From IMG/VR virus record IMGVR_UViG_3300030117_007612, positions 32,001 through 96,000 of that record: a stretch of DNA of 64,000 nt. One strand, written 5' to 3'. Each line of letters opens with the position of its first letter. The first letter of the stretch is position 1. This document shows, piece after piece, positions 18,486 through 27,432 of this stretch. The translations under genes were made by a program, and so were the position numbers. The stretch is from a virus (Duplodnaviria > Caudoviricetes). The notes below the pieces were generated by a model. That model was given only the letters and a program-made list of their open reading frames with translations, was not told the DNA's origin and searched no databases.

Positions 18486-20179
18486 GTAATAGAATTTTAC
18501 ATCCAAATGAATACATAAAGGATTTTCCATATGATTCCTTTGATGGAATGAAGATCACGTTTATTAACATGCCGCTGCGAGAAACAGCGCTTCCAAATGT
18601 TCCGCCTGAAGGGCCGGGAATCTTGGCTGCAATTGCAAGACGCTACGGCGCCGAACCCCACATCCTCGATTTAAATGGATACAGAATCAAAGATGAGTTA
18701 GCCAAAAAGCGCGGCTTACCAAATGGTCGACATATGACCTATGCTGAAGCAGAGGCGCTGATTGTTAAGCATTTAAACAATGTGGGAGATCAAGATGTCA
18801 TTGCCTTCTCGGGCAAAATTACAACACTGAGATGGCAAGAAGAAGTTGCAAAGATTGTTAAGAGGCATCAGCCAGATTGCTTCTTGGTTTCCGGCAACGG
18901 CTTGGCAACAGAAATTAAAACAGGTCTTTTCAAATGGATTCCTGAACTCGATGCCATTGGCAGATCAGAGGGCGATGACATTATTTTGCTCATTCTAAAT
19001 GATGCCATGGCAATTAAGAAGTATGGATTCGCGAAGGCGCTGAATTCAGATAAGCTCAGTCCATATTATCTCGGCGAGATTGACGGCAAGCATCGATTTA
19101 GGTATGAAGGAAATAGGCCTATAAACCTAGATAGTTTGCCGTCTGCTGCATTAGATTTGCTGGAATCGGATCCTTATGGCCATAACGTTTTAGAAGATTA
19201 TATTAATGTTCCGGTATGGGGCTTGGGAGCAAATAATAGCTCGGCAACACCATTTACTATGAAGAGAAGCCTAACCACCGTAAGCAGTCGTGGCTGTCCA
19301 TACGCGTGTGCATTCTGCTATCGAGGCTCGCAGGGTGAAAGAAACTATGGCGTAAGAGCAGTGGAAGATATTGCAACACAAGTACTGGGATACGTTGATA
19401 AGTACAACCTTGATTTCATAGGATTTCCAGATGACAACTTCGCAGTTAGCAAAAGGCGAGTTGCACAATTTCCAAAAGTGTTTAAAGAGTACGGATTAGA
19501 AAACATGCGCTGGGGTACTCATACTCGAATGGATGAAGCCGATGCGCGCATATTTGATATGTCTGAGTCTGGCTGCATTTACATTGGCTTCGGCGCCGAG
19601 TCTGCATCTGAACATACCCTGACGCTGATGAAGAAGGGTGGGTTTATTCTTAAGAACGGCCTTGTAACAAAAAACGTTAATGGCCGAAATTACGAGTTTC
19701 CGAAGACAATGGTTGATGCAATTGTAAATTGTAAAGAAGCAAATATTCACCCGAACTGCACTTGGATCATGGCATACCCCGGAGAGGATCTACAACATTT
19801 CCAAACCAGTGCTGCTTTCATACTTTGGCAAAGAGAATTCTGGACCAAGGGTCTGGCGCCGGGAACTGCTGAATACGACAATGCCTTCGCGGCAGTCAAC
19901 AGTAAAATGTTCACAGCAACAGCATACCCCGGCACTGAAATGTGGAATGTAGTCAAGCCCCAACTACAGAAACACTTTGAGATATCCTTTGACTTTTTAG
20001 GTAATCCTGTTTGTGATGATAACTTTCATCGTTACGTTTTGGAACTAGATGATGCCACAAAAGTCTTGAACGATAAAGACGGCAATCCAGTGAATTTTGG
20101 AGAAATGCCGATGGACACTTTCTTGCAGGCCCGGGAATATGTTGATAATGATCAAATTGAAAAGGTATTAGACTTATGA
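18482..20179 (+). CDS. Cobalamin-binding radical SAM protein (probable class B methyltransferase)
   Basis: N-terminal B12-binding-like domain (FINMPLR, GILAAI); SSRGCPYACAFC; FPDDNF, YIGFGAES, WIMAYPGE. Confidence 0.85.
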   Translation: MSNRILHPNEYIKDFPYDSFDGMKITFINMPLRETALPNVPPEGPGILAAIARRYGAEPHILDLNGYRIKDELAKKRGLPNGRHMTYAEAEALIVKHLNNVGDQDVIAFSGKITTLRWQEEVAKIVKRHQPDCFLVSGNGLATEIKTGLFKWIPELDAIGRSEGDDIILLILNDAMAIKKYGFAKALNSDKLSPYYLGEIDGKHRFRYEGNRPINLDSLPSAALDLLESDPYGHNVLEDYINVPVWGLGANNSSATPFTMKRSLTTVSSRGCPYACAFCYRGSQGERNYGVRAVEDIATQVLGYVDKYNLDFIGFPDDNFAVSKRRVAQFPKVFKEYGLENMRWGTHTRMDEADARIFDMSESGCIYIGFGAESASEHTLTLMKKGGFILKNGLVTKNVNGRNYEFPKTMVDAIVNCKEANIHPNCTWIMAYPGEDLQHFQTSAAFILWQREFWTKGLAPGTAEYDNAFAAVNSKMFTATAYPGTEMWNVVKPQLQKHFEISFDFLGNPVCDDNFHRYVLELDDATKVLNDKDGNPVNFGEMPMDTFLQAREYVDNDQIEKVLDL

Positions 20180-20961
20180 AAAAAGGTATTTTTATAACTG
20201 TGCGCACAAATTCTTCTCGACTGCCCAACAAAGCTTTGATGAAGATATGTGGCAAGCCTACAATTCAATATGCAATTGATCGAGCAAAACAATCCTCATG
20301 TGCGGATGTAATCGTGTTGTGCACCAGTACATCAAACAATGATGACGCATTGTGCGAAATAGCCCACAAGAATGGAATTGAATGTTTTCGCGGAAGCCTG
20401 ATTGATAAGATTGATCGTTGGCTTCAGGCGGCACTTGAATACAAAGTGGATTACTTTGTTAACATCGATGGCGACGATCTTTTTTGCGAACCAGAATTGA
20501 TTGATATGGCATTCGAGCAGCACGATAAAGAAGATCACGACTTTGTAAAGTGCGACGAAGAGAATCTTGTAGTGGGGGCATTCACCCTTGGCGCCAAGAC
20601 AACTGCAATACAGAAAGTGTGTGATATAAAAGACACTGAGGACACCGAGGCCGCGTGGCTTTATTTTTCTGACATGGATATTTTTAAAACTTCCTTGCTA
20701 GAGAACGTTCCAGAATCCTACAACAGACCAGACATCAGAGCAACGTTGGATTATTATGATGACTTTCTTTTCTTTAGTAATATAATTGAATACTTTGGCG
20801 CGCAAAAAAAATCTAGATTTTCTTTATTAGATGTGGTAAAATATGTTGACGAAAACCCAAGAGTGTTGGATATCAACCGAAATTGCCAGCAAGAATATTT
20901 AAACAATCAACAAAAATTAACAAAGCTAATTGTAAAAAAGGAGTATAATGAACGAGCATAA
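20176..20961 (+). CDS. Acylneuraminate/SpsF-type cytidylyltransferase
   Basis: ITVRTNSSRLPNKAL, FRGS, VNIDGDD, RATLDYYDD. Confidence 0.82.
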   Translation: MKKGIFITVRTNSSRLPNKALMKICGKPTIQYAIDRAKQSSCADVIVLCTSTSNNDDALCEIAHKNGIECFRGSLIDKIDRWLQAALEYKVDYFVNIDGDDLFCEPELIDMAFEQHDKEDHDFVKCDEENLVVGAFTLGAKTTAIQKVCDIKDTEDTEAAWLYFSDMDIFKTSLLENVPESYNRPDIRATLDYYDDFLFFSNIIEYFGAQKKSRFSLLDVVKYVDENPRVLDINRNCQQEYLNNQQKLTKLIVKKEYNERA

Positions 20962-21934
20962 ATTGAAAGAAAGGGTGACGTACCAGTCCGGAGAATGGGT
21001 TCCGGAATCGCAAGCTTCCCTCCATATTTATGATTCACAGTTCATGTTTGGTGACGGTGTCTTTGAGATGGCAAGAACTTTTAACCACAAGTTTTTCATT
21101 CTTGATGAACATATCGACAGACTATTTCGCAGCATGCGATATCTGCAGATCCCGATTACCAAGACCAAACAGGAAGTTCGAGATTTGTGTGAAGAGGCCC
21201 TTGAAAGAAACATAGAACATTTCAAGCAATCTGGCGGTGGATTTACCGAAGAGTGTCGTATATTAATAAATGTATCTAGAGGACCTTTATCGATTTATCG
21301 CGAAGTGTTTGAATTAACTAAGGGTGAGAAATGGAATGAACCAAATTGGATTATCAATGTTTGGCCACTTAGCCGAACTTCCAAGACTCTATCACATTAT
21401 TTCGAAACAGGGGCAAATGCAATTATACCCTCACAAAGACAGATCCCTTCGCGACTGCTTGAGAACAAAGTAAAAAATAGAAGTAGAATGCACTATCAAA
21501 TGGCAAACTTACAAGTTAAACCCTTCGGAAAAGATGCAATACCTCTGCTTTTAGATGAAGACGGCTTTGTAACTGAGAGCACCGGAGCAAACTTTTTGAT
21601 GATCAAGGACGGTAAGCTAATCGCACCTGAGTTAAGAAACATGTTGCGAGGCTCTAGTATGATGTATATTTTGGAAACGATCGCACCTCAAATTAATTTG
21701 GAGGTTGTGCACAAGAATTTTGAGCCTTACGATGTCATGCAGTGTGACGAGGCAATGTTTACAGGTACGTTCGTCAATTTGCTCCCTTGTAACCGTTTAA
21801 ACGGCGAATATTTCAATAATAACGTAAAAAACAGCCCAATTGGGCCAATAACACGCCAAATTTGCGACACTTGGTCAGAAAATGTGGGTCTAAATTTCAT
21901 CGAACAAATGCAATATTGGGCTAATAATTGGTAA
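20948..21934 (+). CDS. PLP-dependent aminotransferase class IV
   Basis: FGDGVFEMART, HIDRLFRS, KVKNRSR lysine motif, LLLDEDGFVTESTGANF, EAMFTGT. Confidence 0.85.
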   Translation: MNEHKLKERVTYQSGEWVPESQASLHIYDSQFMFGDGVFEMARTFNHKFFILDEHIDRLFRSMRYLQIPITKTKQEVRDLCEEALERNIEHFKQSGGGFTEECRILINVSRGPLSIYREVFELTKGEKWNEPNWIINVWPLSRTSKTLSHYFETGANAIIPSQRQIPSRLLENKVKNRSRMHYQMANLQVKPFGKDAIPLLLDEDGFVTESTGANFLMIKDGKLIAPELRNMLRGSSMMYILETIAPQINLEVVHKNFEPYDVMQCDEAMFTGTFVNLLPCNRLNGEYFNNNVKNSPIGPITRQICDTWSENVGLNFIEQMQYWANNW

Positions 21935-21938
21935 ATTT

Positions 21939-22622
21939 ATGAATAAAAGAATCATCATTACAGGCTCAGAGGGCCTTTTAGGAACAGAAATAAGCAGATA
22001 TTTGGAAGAATCGGGCAACACTGTGATTCGGTGCGACCTACAATTGGGTCATGATCTAACTGATGAGCAATTTGTTAAAGATTTTTTTGAAAAAAACAAG
22101 GCAGACTGCCTAGTAAACACTTATGCTATTAATCCACATGTTGGTACTGAGGACGAATCGACAAATATGTTCAATATCGACCTAGAATCTTTGAATCAAT
22201 ACCTTCAAGTTAACCTACTTAGCTTGTTTTCTGTATGCAGGGAGTTTGCCAAGAGCAATGAGAATGGTTCGATAGTTAATTTTTCATCCACTTATGGTGT
22301 TGTTTCCCCCAATCCTGCGTTATATGATGAAGGAAAGGAAAAACACATCGGCTATTGCATATCAAAATCAGGTGTAATCCAAATGACACGATACCTAGCG
22401 GTGCATCTGGCGCCCAAGTTCCGTGTAAATTGTGTTGCGCCCGGAGGATGTGGCATGAACACTGGCGAAGAATTTGTAAAGTTGTATGCTGATAAGACGC
22501 CAATGAAAAGAATGATGAACGTCGATGAACTAAACGGAATAATTGAATATCTTTGCTCTGATAAATCAACCTATACCACGGGTGCAAACATTAACGTCGA
22601 CGGAGGCTGGACGATATGGTAA
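21939..22622 (+). CDS. Classical SDR oxidoreductase
   Basis: TGSEGLLG, IVNFSSTYG, YCISK, RVNCVAPGG, GANINVDGGW. Confidence 0.85.
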   Translation: MNKRIIITGSEGLLGTEISRYLEESGNTVIRCDLQLGHDLTDEQFVKDFFEKNKADCLVNTYAINPHVGTEDESTNMFNIDLESLNQYLQVNLLSLFSVCREFAKSNENGSIVNFSSTYGVVSPNPALYDEGKEKHIGYCISKSGVIQMTRYLAVHLAPKFRVNCVAPGGCGMNTGEEFVKLYADKTPMKRMMNVDELNGIIEYLCSDKSTYTTGANINVDGGWTIW

Positions 22623-23464
22623 ACTTTAAGGACATTCAAAAACCCTATTTTATTGGTGAGATTGGAATCAACCACAATGGAGATTTACAAATTGCAAAGA
22701 AGCTGATTGACGCTGTTTGCGCGTGTAGTTGGGATTGTGCAAAATTTCAAAAAAGAAATCCTGATGTTTGCGTACCAGAACATCAAAAGAGCGTACCGAG
22801 GGAAACACCTTGGGGCACAATGACATATCTGGATTATAAACATCGTATTGAATTTGAGAAAAAGGAATATGATTATATTGATAATTACTCAAAGCAAAAA
22901 CCAATTGACTGGACCGCGTCAGTGTGGGATTTAGATAGTCTAGATTTTATGACTCAATATGACGTACCCTTCTTAAAAATTCCATCTGCTAAGATCACAA
23001 GCTTGGATTTGTTGGCCGAGTCGGCAAAGTCTGGTATACCAATTATTATGTCTACTGGAATGTCAGAGCTTCGCGAGGTAGACACTGCCGTCAATGAAGT
23101 TTTAAAACACACCGACAACCTTGTCCTGATGCACACTAATTCAAGCTATCCTTCTCCAGAAAGTGAATTAAACTTGAGCTTGATCCCATTTTATAAAGAA
23201 AGATATGATTGTGTTATTGGTTATTCGGGCCACGAAATGGACCTAGAGCCAACAGTAGTGGCAGTAGTTTTGGGAGCAAAGGTGATTGAGCGACACATTA
23301 CACTGTCACATGACATGTGGGGAACAGATCAAAAATCAAGTTTGGAGGTTATTGCAATGGATATGCTATACAAAAGAATCAAAAACATTGATATAATGAT
23401 AGGTGAACCAATTAAGCATGTCACAAAAAGTGAAGTTCCAATCAAGAAAAAATTAAGAGGATAG
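22616..23464 (+). CDS. neuB: N-acetylneuraminate synthase family protein lacking the C-terminal AFL/SAF domain
   Basis: FIGEIGINHNGD, AKFQKR, KIPSA, IIMSTGMS, MHTNSSYP, GYSGHE, VIERHITL; only 282 aa. Confidence 0.9.
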   Translation: MVNFKDIQKPYFIGEIGINHNGDLQIAKKLIDAVCACSWDCAKFQKRNPDVCVPEHQKSVPRETPWGTMTYLDYKHRIEFEKKEYDYIDNYSKQKPIDWTASVWDLDSLDFMTQYDVPFLKIPSAKITSLDLLAESAKSGIPIIMSTGMSELREVDTAVNEVLKHTDNLVLMHTNSSYPSPESELNLSLIPFYKERYDCVIGYSGHEMDLEPTVVAVVLGAKVIERHITLSHDMWGTDQKSSLEVIAMDMLYKRIKNIDIMIGEPIKHVTKSEVPIKKKLRG

Positions 23465-23465
23465 C

Positions 23466-23801
23466 ATGGTAATTTACGTAGATATTGATGAAACAATTTG
23501 CAATACCCCTGAGAGTAGGGACTATTCTGAAGCAAAACCAATTAAAGAAAACATCAACAAAATTAATGATTTATATGATGAAGGGCATGAAATTGTCTAT
23601 TGGACTGCTCGTGGCACGTTAACCGGGAAAGATTGGACAGAAGTAACCAAAAAGCAATTTAAAGAGTGGGGAGTTAAGTATCACGATTTAAAGCTCAAGA
23701 AGCCTTTCTACGATCTTTTTATTGATGACCGGGCAATTAATTCTGATATGTATTTTCAAAATAATAACAGAAAGGGAGACGTAAATTGGCAATGGACTTG
23801 A
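23466..23801 (+). CDS. Small HAD-superfamily phosphatase
   Basis: YVDIDETIC, YWTARG, KKPFYDLFIDD. Confidence 0.8.
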   Translation: MVIYVDIDETICNTPESRDYSEAKPIKENINKINDLYDEGHEIVYWTARGTLTGKDWTEVTKKQFKEWGVKYHDLKLKKPFYDLFIDDRAINSDMYFQNNNRKGDVNWQWT

Positions 23802-24082
23802 GACAATACTACAAATATTATCTTACCCTCCACCAAAACATAAATTGCCGGCGACTTCACTTTGCGGGTCAATGGGTTACACTGTTCTTTTTATTTTGGG
23901 TATTGTATACAAATACTCTATACTTGTTGCCCTTGGCGTTGTTTGTGATATATCCATTTGCATGGACCGGTCATTTCTTTTTTGAAAAAAATGAGCCCGC
24001 TGCTTTTAAGGCGCCAGTCAAGGCCAAGATATGCGATTGGATTATGTTTAAAGATATCATCTTGGGGAGAATTAAAATATGA
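23786..24082 (+). CDS. DUF962/Mpo1-like small membrane protein
   Basis: YLTLHQN..CRRLHFAG, hydrophobic helix, FAWTGHFFFEKNEPAAF; alternative start at ATG 23792. Confidence 0.8.
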   Translation: MAMDLRQYYKYYLTLHQNINCRRLHFAGQWVTLFFLFWVLYTNTLYLLPLALFVIYPFAWTGHFFFEKNEPAAFKAPVKAKICDWIMFKDIILGRIKI

Positions 24083-24999
24083 TTAACCTGATGCACGTTA
24101 ACGATTACATCATCGACACCAGCAAATTCCGCCCGCTACTACATGATAAGATCGTTGATGAGTTTGAACAAAATATAGCGGACTTTGTTGGGGCTAAGTA
24201 TGCATGCTCATTTCACAGCGCCACAATGGCAATATTCTTAGCGTTGGTTGAAAAGTCTCGGGAGACAATTATAATCCCCAGTGTTATACCACCCGTTGTA
24301 GCAAACGCCATCCTGTGTTCTGGTCATGGTCTAGGCTATCGTGACGATGTAAATTGGGTCGGAAACTCCTACATCCTTCACCAATTTGAGGATCATAAAA
24401 TTATTGATTCTGCCCAGCAGCTTACAGAGAACCAGTTTAAAGAACAGGCTAATGATGAGGACTTAATGATTTTTAGTTTTTATCCTACAAAGCCTGTAGG
24501 TAGTAGCGATGGTGGCCTAATTGTGTCTAATGACAAGGAAAAGATTGACCGGTTGAGAATTTTATCTAGAAATGGAATGTCTCTTGAAAAGAATAGCTGG
24601 GAAAGAAACATACTTTTGCCCGGCTGGAAGATGTATATGAATTCAATTCAGGCTTATATTGCTTATGAAAACTTTAAGAAACTTGAATCAAAAACAAAAA
24701 GGTATAATGAAATTAGAGAAGAGTATAATAGCGCCTTTGACAAAAACAATACAAGTCTCCATCTTTATAGATTAAATGTTGAAGATAACGATTCCTTTGT
24801 TTTAGATATGAAAGAGAAAGGAATCCAGTGTGGAATTCATTATAAAGCAATTCACTTAATGGGCGCATACTCTCGGGCCGGCCTAGATTTGCCAAAATCC
24901 GAGCAAGAAAGTAGAACAACGATCAGTATTCCATACCATGAGATGCTCACGGATGAACAGGTGGAGACTGTTATTAAGGAGATTAAAAATGTTATCTGA
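24079..24999 (+). CDS. DegT/DnrJ/EryC1/StrS sugar aminotransferase (compact)
   Basis: IIDSAQ, FSFYPTKPVGSSDGG with PLP lysine, GIQCGIHY, TISIPYH. Confidence 0.82.
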   Translation: MINLMHVNDYIIDTSKFRPLLHDKIVDEFEQNIADFVGAKYACSFHSATMAIFLALVEKSRETIIIPSVIPPVVANAILCSGHGLGYRDDVNWVGNSYILHQFEDHKIIDSAQQLTENQFKEQANDEDLMIFSFYPTKPVGSSDGGLIVSNDKEKIDRLRILSRNGMSLEKNSWERNILLPGWKMYMNSIQAYIAYENFKKLESKTKRYNEIREEYNSAFDKNNTSLHLYRLNVEDNDSFVLDMKEKGIQCGIHYKAIHLMGAYSRAGLDLPKSEQESRTTISIPYHEMLTDEQVETVIKEIKNVI

Positions 25000-25360
25000 G
25001 AACGGAACAAAAGAAACAGGCATCCTACGCTATATGGAACTGACCGATTTGAAATTTATCCCTAGAAGAATGTATTATATTACTGATACACCAAAGGGAG
25101 AAATTAGAGGAAAACATGGCCACTACGACGATCAGCAATATCTATTCTGCCTTCAAGGCGAGATAAAAGTAGAACTACACTCTATTAAAGAAGTGCGCAC
25201 GGTCTGGATGCGCGCCGGCGATGTTGTGTTTCTTGATAGAATGGTGTGGTCACAACAGCAGTATTTAACCGGCAACGACATTTTGTTGGTACTGTGTTCT
25301 ACGGCATTCGACAAAAAAGACTATATCACAGATATCAATGAGATAACGGGTGATAAATAA
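24989..25360 (+). CDS. FdtA/QdtA-like sugar 3,4-ketoisomerase (cupin)
   Basis: PRRMYYI, RGKHGH, QYLFCLQG, ILLVLCS, DYI; start at ATG 24989. Confidence 0.8.
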   Translation: MLSENGTKETGILRYMELTDLKFIPRRMYYITDTPKGEIRGKHGHYDDQQYLFCLQGEIKVELHSIKEVRTVWMRAGDVVFLDRMVWSQQQYLTGNDILLVLCSTAFDKKDYITDINEITGDK

Positions 25361-26244
25361 TGGCGAGATGCATGGTCACAGGCCATAAAGGCTATATAGG
25401 TTCGAAATTATATCAAGCATTGCTGGATGATGGTCATGATGTAATAGGCATTGATTTAAAAAGTGAAATTCCTCATGACATCTTGGTGGACTTAAAAGAA
25501 GGATCCGACGGAAAATTTCATCCTTATTGGTATAATTTTAAACCAGAGTATATTTTTCATTTAGCTTGTTGGCCAAGAGTTGCATTTAGTATAGAGAAGC
25601 CAGTTGCAACAGCAATAAATAACATTCTTTCCAACTCTATAATGTTAAATTTTGCTAGAAAAGTTGGTTCGGTTAAAAGGTTTATTTATTCTAGCTCTTC
25701 TTCCGTTGTTGGGAATGGTTCTGGCCCCGAGAGTCCGTATGCATTACAAAAATATACAGCCGAGGTGGAGTGCACATTGTATTCTAAGCTTTACGATTTG
25801 GACACTGTCGCTCTTAGGTATTTCAACGTATACTCCCCTGATCAGAAGGTCGACGGGGCATATGCTACGGCTGTTGCGAATTGGATGAAGTTTATTAGAG
25901 AAGGCGAAGATCCCTATATTACCGGAGATGGGGAACAACGAAGAGATATGGTAAATGTTGCGGACGTTGTTTCCGCAAATATATTTGCCATGAATTACCC
26001 AGAGAGCCTTAATGGTCAAGTTTTTGACGTTGGTACAGGCGAGAATATATCGTTAAATGAGCTAAAAGATATCGTAGAAGAACTGCAGCCACATGTTAAT
26101 TTTGAATATAAACCTGAACGCCCGGGCGATGTGCAATTAACTAGGGCAAATACGGAGCCCTTAAAAAAAATAGGATGGCGTGCTAATATTAGTATACGTG
26201 ATGGCATGGTTGAATGCTTCAAGGATTTAGTGAAAGATGTCTGA
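25360..26244 (+). CDS. NAD-dependent NDP-sugar epimerase/dehydratase
   Basis: TGHKGYIGS, YSSSSS, YALQK, LRYFNVY, GDGEQRRD, ERPGDV. Confidence 0.85.
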   Translation: MARCMVTGHKGYIGSKLYQALLDDGHDVIGIDLKSEIPHDILVDLKEGSDGKFHPYWYNFKPEYIFHLACWPRVAFSIEKPVATAINNILSNSIMLNFARKVGSVKRFIYSSSSSVVGNGSGPESPYALQKYTAEVECTLYSKLYDLDTVALRYFNVYSPDQKVDGAYATAVANWMKFIREGEDPYITGDGEQRRDMVNVADVVSANIFAMNYPESLNGQVFDVGTGENISLNELKDIVEELQPHVNFEYKPERPGDVQLTRANTEPLKKIGWRANISIRDGMVECFKDLVKDV

Positions 26245-27079
26245 TGTTGTTGGTATTGTTGGTCAAGGTTTTGTTGGCACAGCTATAAGAGAAGGCTTGT
26301 GTCACTTGTTCCAAATTGAAACTTATGATAAGTTCAAGAAAGAAGCGTCTACCTCTTATAGTGTAGAGGAGCTGTGCACGAAAACGAAAATCATATTTGT
26401 ATGCTTACCAACGCCAATGAAAAAAGACGGAACGTGTGATTTATCCCTTATACAAAACACAATTGAAAAAATAGACAAAGTATCAAACAAGCACGTAGCT
26501 GTTATAAAATCAACAGTGCCGCCGGGGACAACCAAGAAATTAAACAAGATGTGCAATGATTTGCAGGTAGTCTTTAATCCTGAATTTTTGACGGAAGCAA
26601 ATTACATTGATGATTTTAAGAATCAGAATAGAATTATTATAGGTGGACCCCGGCCGGCCTCAACAATTGTCAAGAATCTATACAGAAAAGCCTTCCAACA
26701 AACGCCAATAGTAAAAACAGGCTCAGATACTGCTGAGATGGTAAAGTACTTTACAAACTGTTTTCTTGCAATGAAGGTTAGTTTTGCTAATGAAATCAAA
26801 CAAGTATGTGATGCACACAGAATTGATTTTGACAAAGTGGTAGAATACGCTCTTTATGATCAAAGAATAGGAAATACACACTTATCAGTTCCCGGTCCTG
26901 ATGGCAAAAATGGATTTGGCGGCTCTTGTTTCCCCAAAGATTTAAACGCGTTGATACAGTTTGCGCTCGCTAGCGAGATTGATCCGAAAGTTTTGTCTGC
27001 AATTTGGAATAAAAATTTGGAAGTTAGACCCGAAAAAGATTGGGAATTGTTAAAGGGGAGGGCGGTATCTGATGCCTGA
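26237..27079 (+). CDS. ugd: UDP-glucose 6-dehydrogenase family protein (short)
   Basis: VGQGFVG, FVCLPTP, VIKSTVPPGT, FNPEFL, AEMVKYFTN, GFGGSCFPKD. Confidence 0.85.
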   Translation: MSDVVGIVGQGFVGTAIREGLCHLFQIETYDKFKKEASTSYSVEELCTKTKIIFVCLPTPMKKDGTCDLSLIQNTIEKIDKVSNKHVAVIKSTVPPGTTKKLNKMCNDLQVVFNPEFLTEANYIDDFKNQNRIIIGGPRPASTIVKNLYRKAFQQTPIVKTGSDTAEMVKYFTNCFLAMKVSFANEIKQVCDAHRIDFDKVVEYALYDQRIGNTHLSVPGPDGKNGFGGSCFPKDLNALIQFALASEIDPKVLSAIWNKNLEVRPEKDWELLKGRAVSDA

Positions 27080-27428
27080 ATTGCCAATGAAGCACGTAGA
27101 TAAAGGTTGGGGCTGGGAACGCTGGATTGTCAATAATGAGGAATATTGTGGAAAGCTCCTGTTTTTTAATTCTGGCAAAAGATGCTCATGGCATTATCAT
27201 GTTTTAAAAGATGAGGTCTTTTACTTGCAATCCGGAAAAATGATGATTTATTATTCAGAACAGGATGATATTACAAAAGCAAAACAATTGATTTTGAAAG
27301 CCGGCGATAATTTTCATATATATCGCGGCTTGAGACACCAAATGGTAGCATTAGAAGACTCAGAATTATTTGAATTTTCAACACAACACTTTGATAGTGA
27401 TAGCCACAGAATATTAAAAGGAGATTAA
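27072..27428 (+). CDS. Cupin, mannose-6-phosphate isomerase-like
   Basis: KGWGWERW, CSWHYH..KDEVFY, HQM cupin metal ligands. Confidence 0.75.
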   Translation: MPELPMKHVDKGWGWERWIVNNEEYCGKLLFFNSGKRCSWHYHVLKDEVFYLQSGKMMIYYSEQDDITKAKQLILKAGDNFHIYRGLRHQMVALEDSELFEFSTQHFDSDSHRILKGD

Positions 27429-27432
27429 TAAA

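Noticed and set aside
2362-24988. Longer ORF-track starts (2362, 5190, 10393, 15479, 17122, 24938)
   Set aside because: They overlap upstream genes extensively; downstream starts give canonical N-termini, RBS or stop-start coupling.
3925-27428. Ordinary bacterial O-antigen/capsule locus
   Set aside because: No Wzx/Wzy/Wzz, ABC exporter or priming transferase recognised; flanked by phage-type PhoH, sigma and baseplate genes with continuous gene packing and the same palindrome bias.
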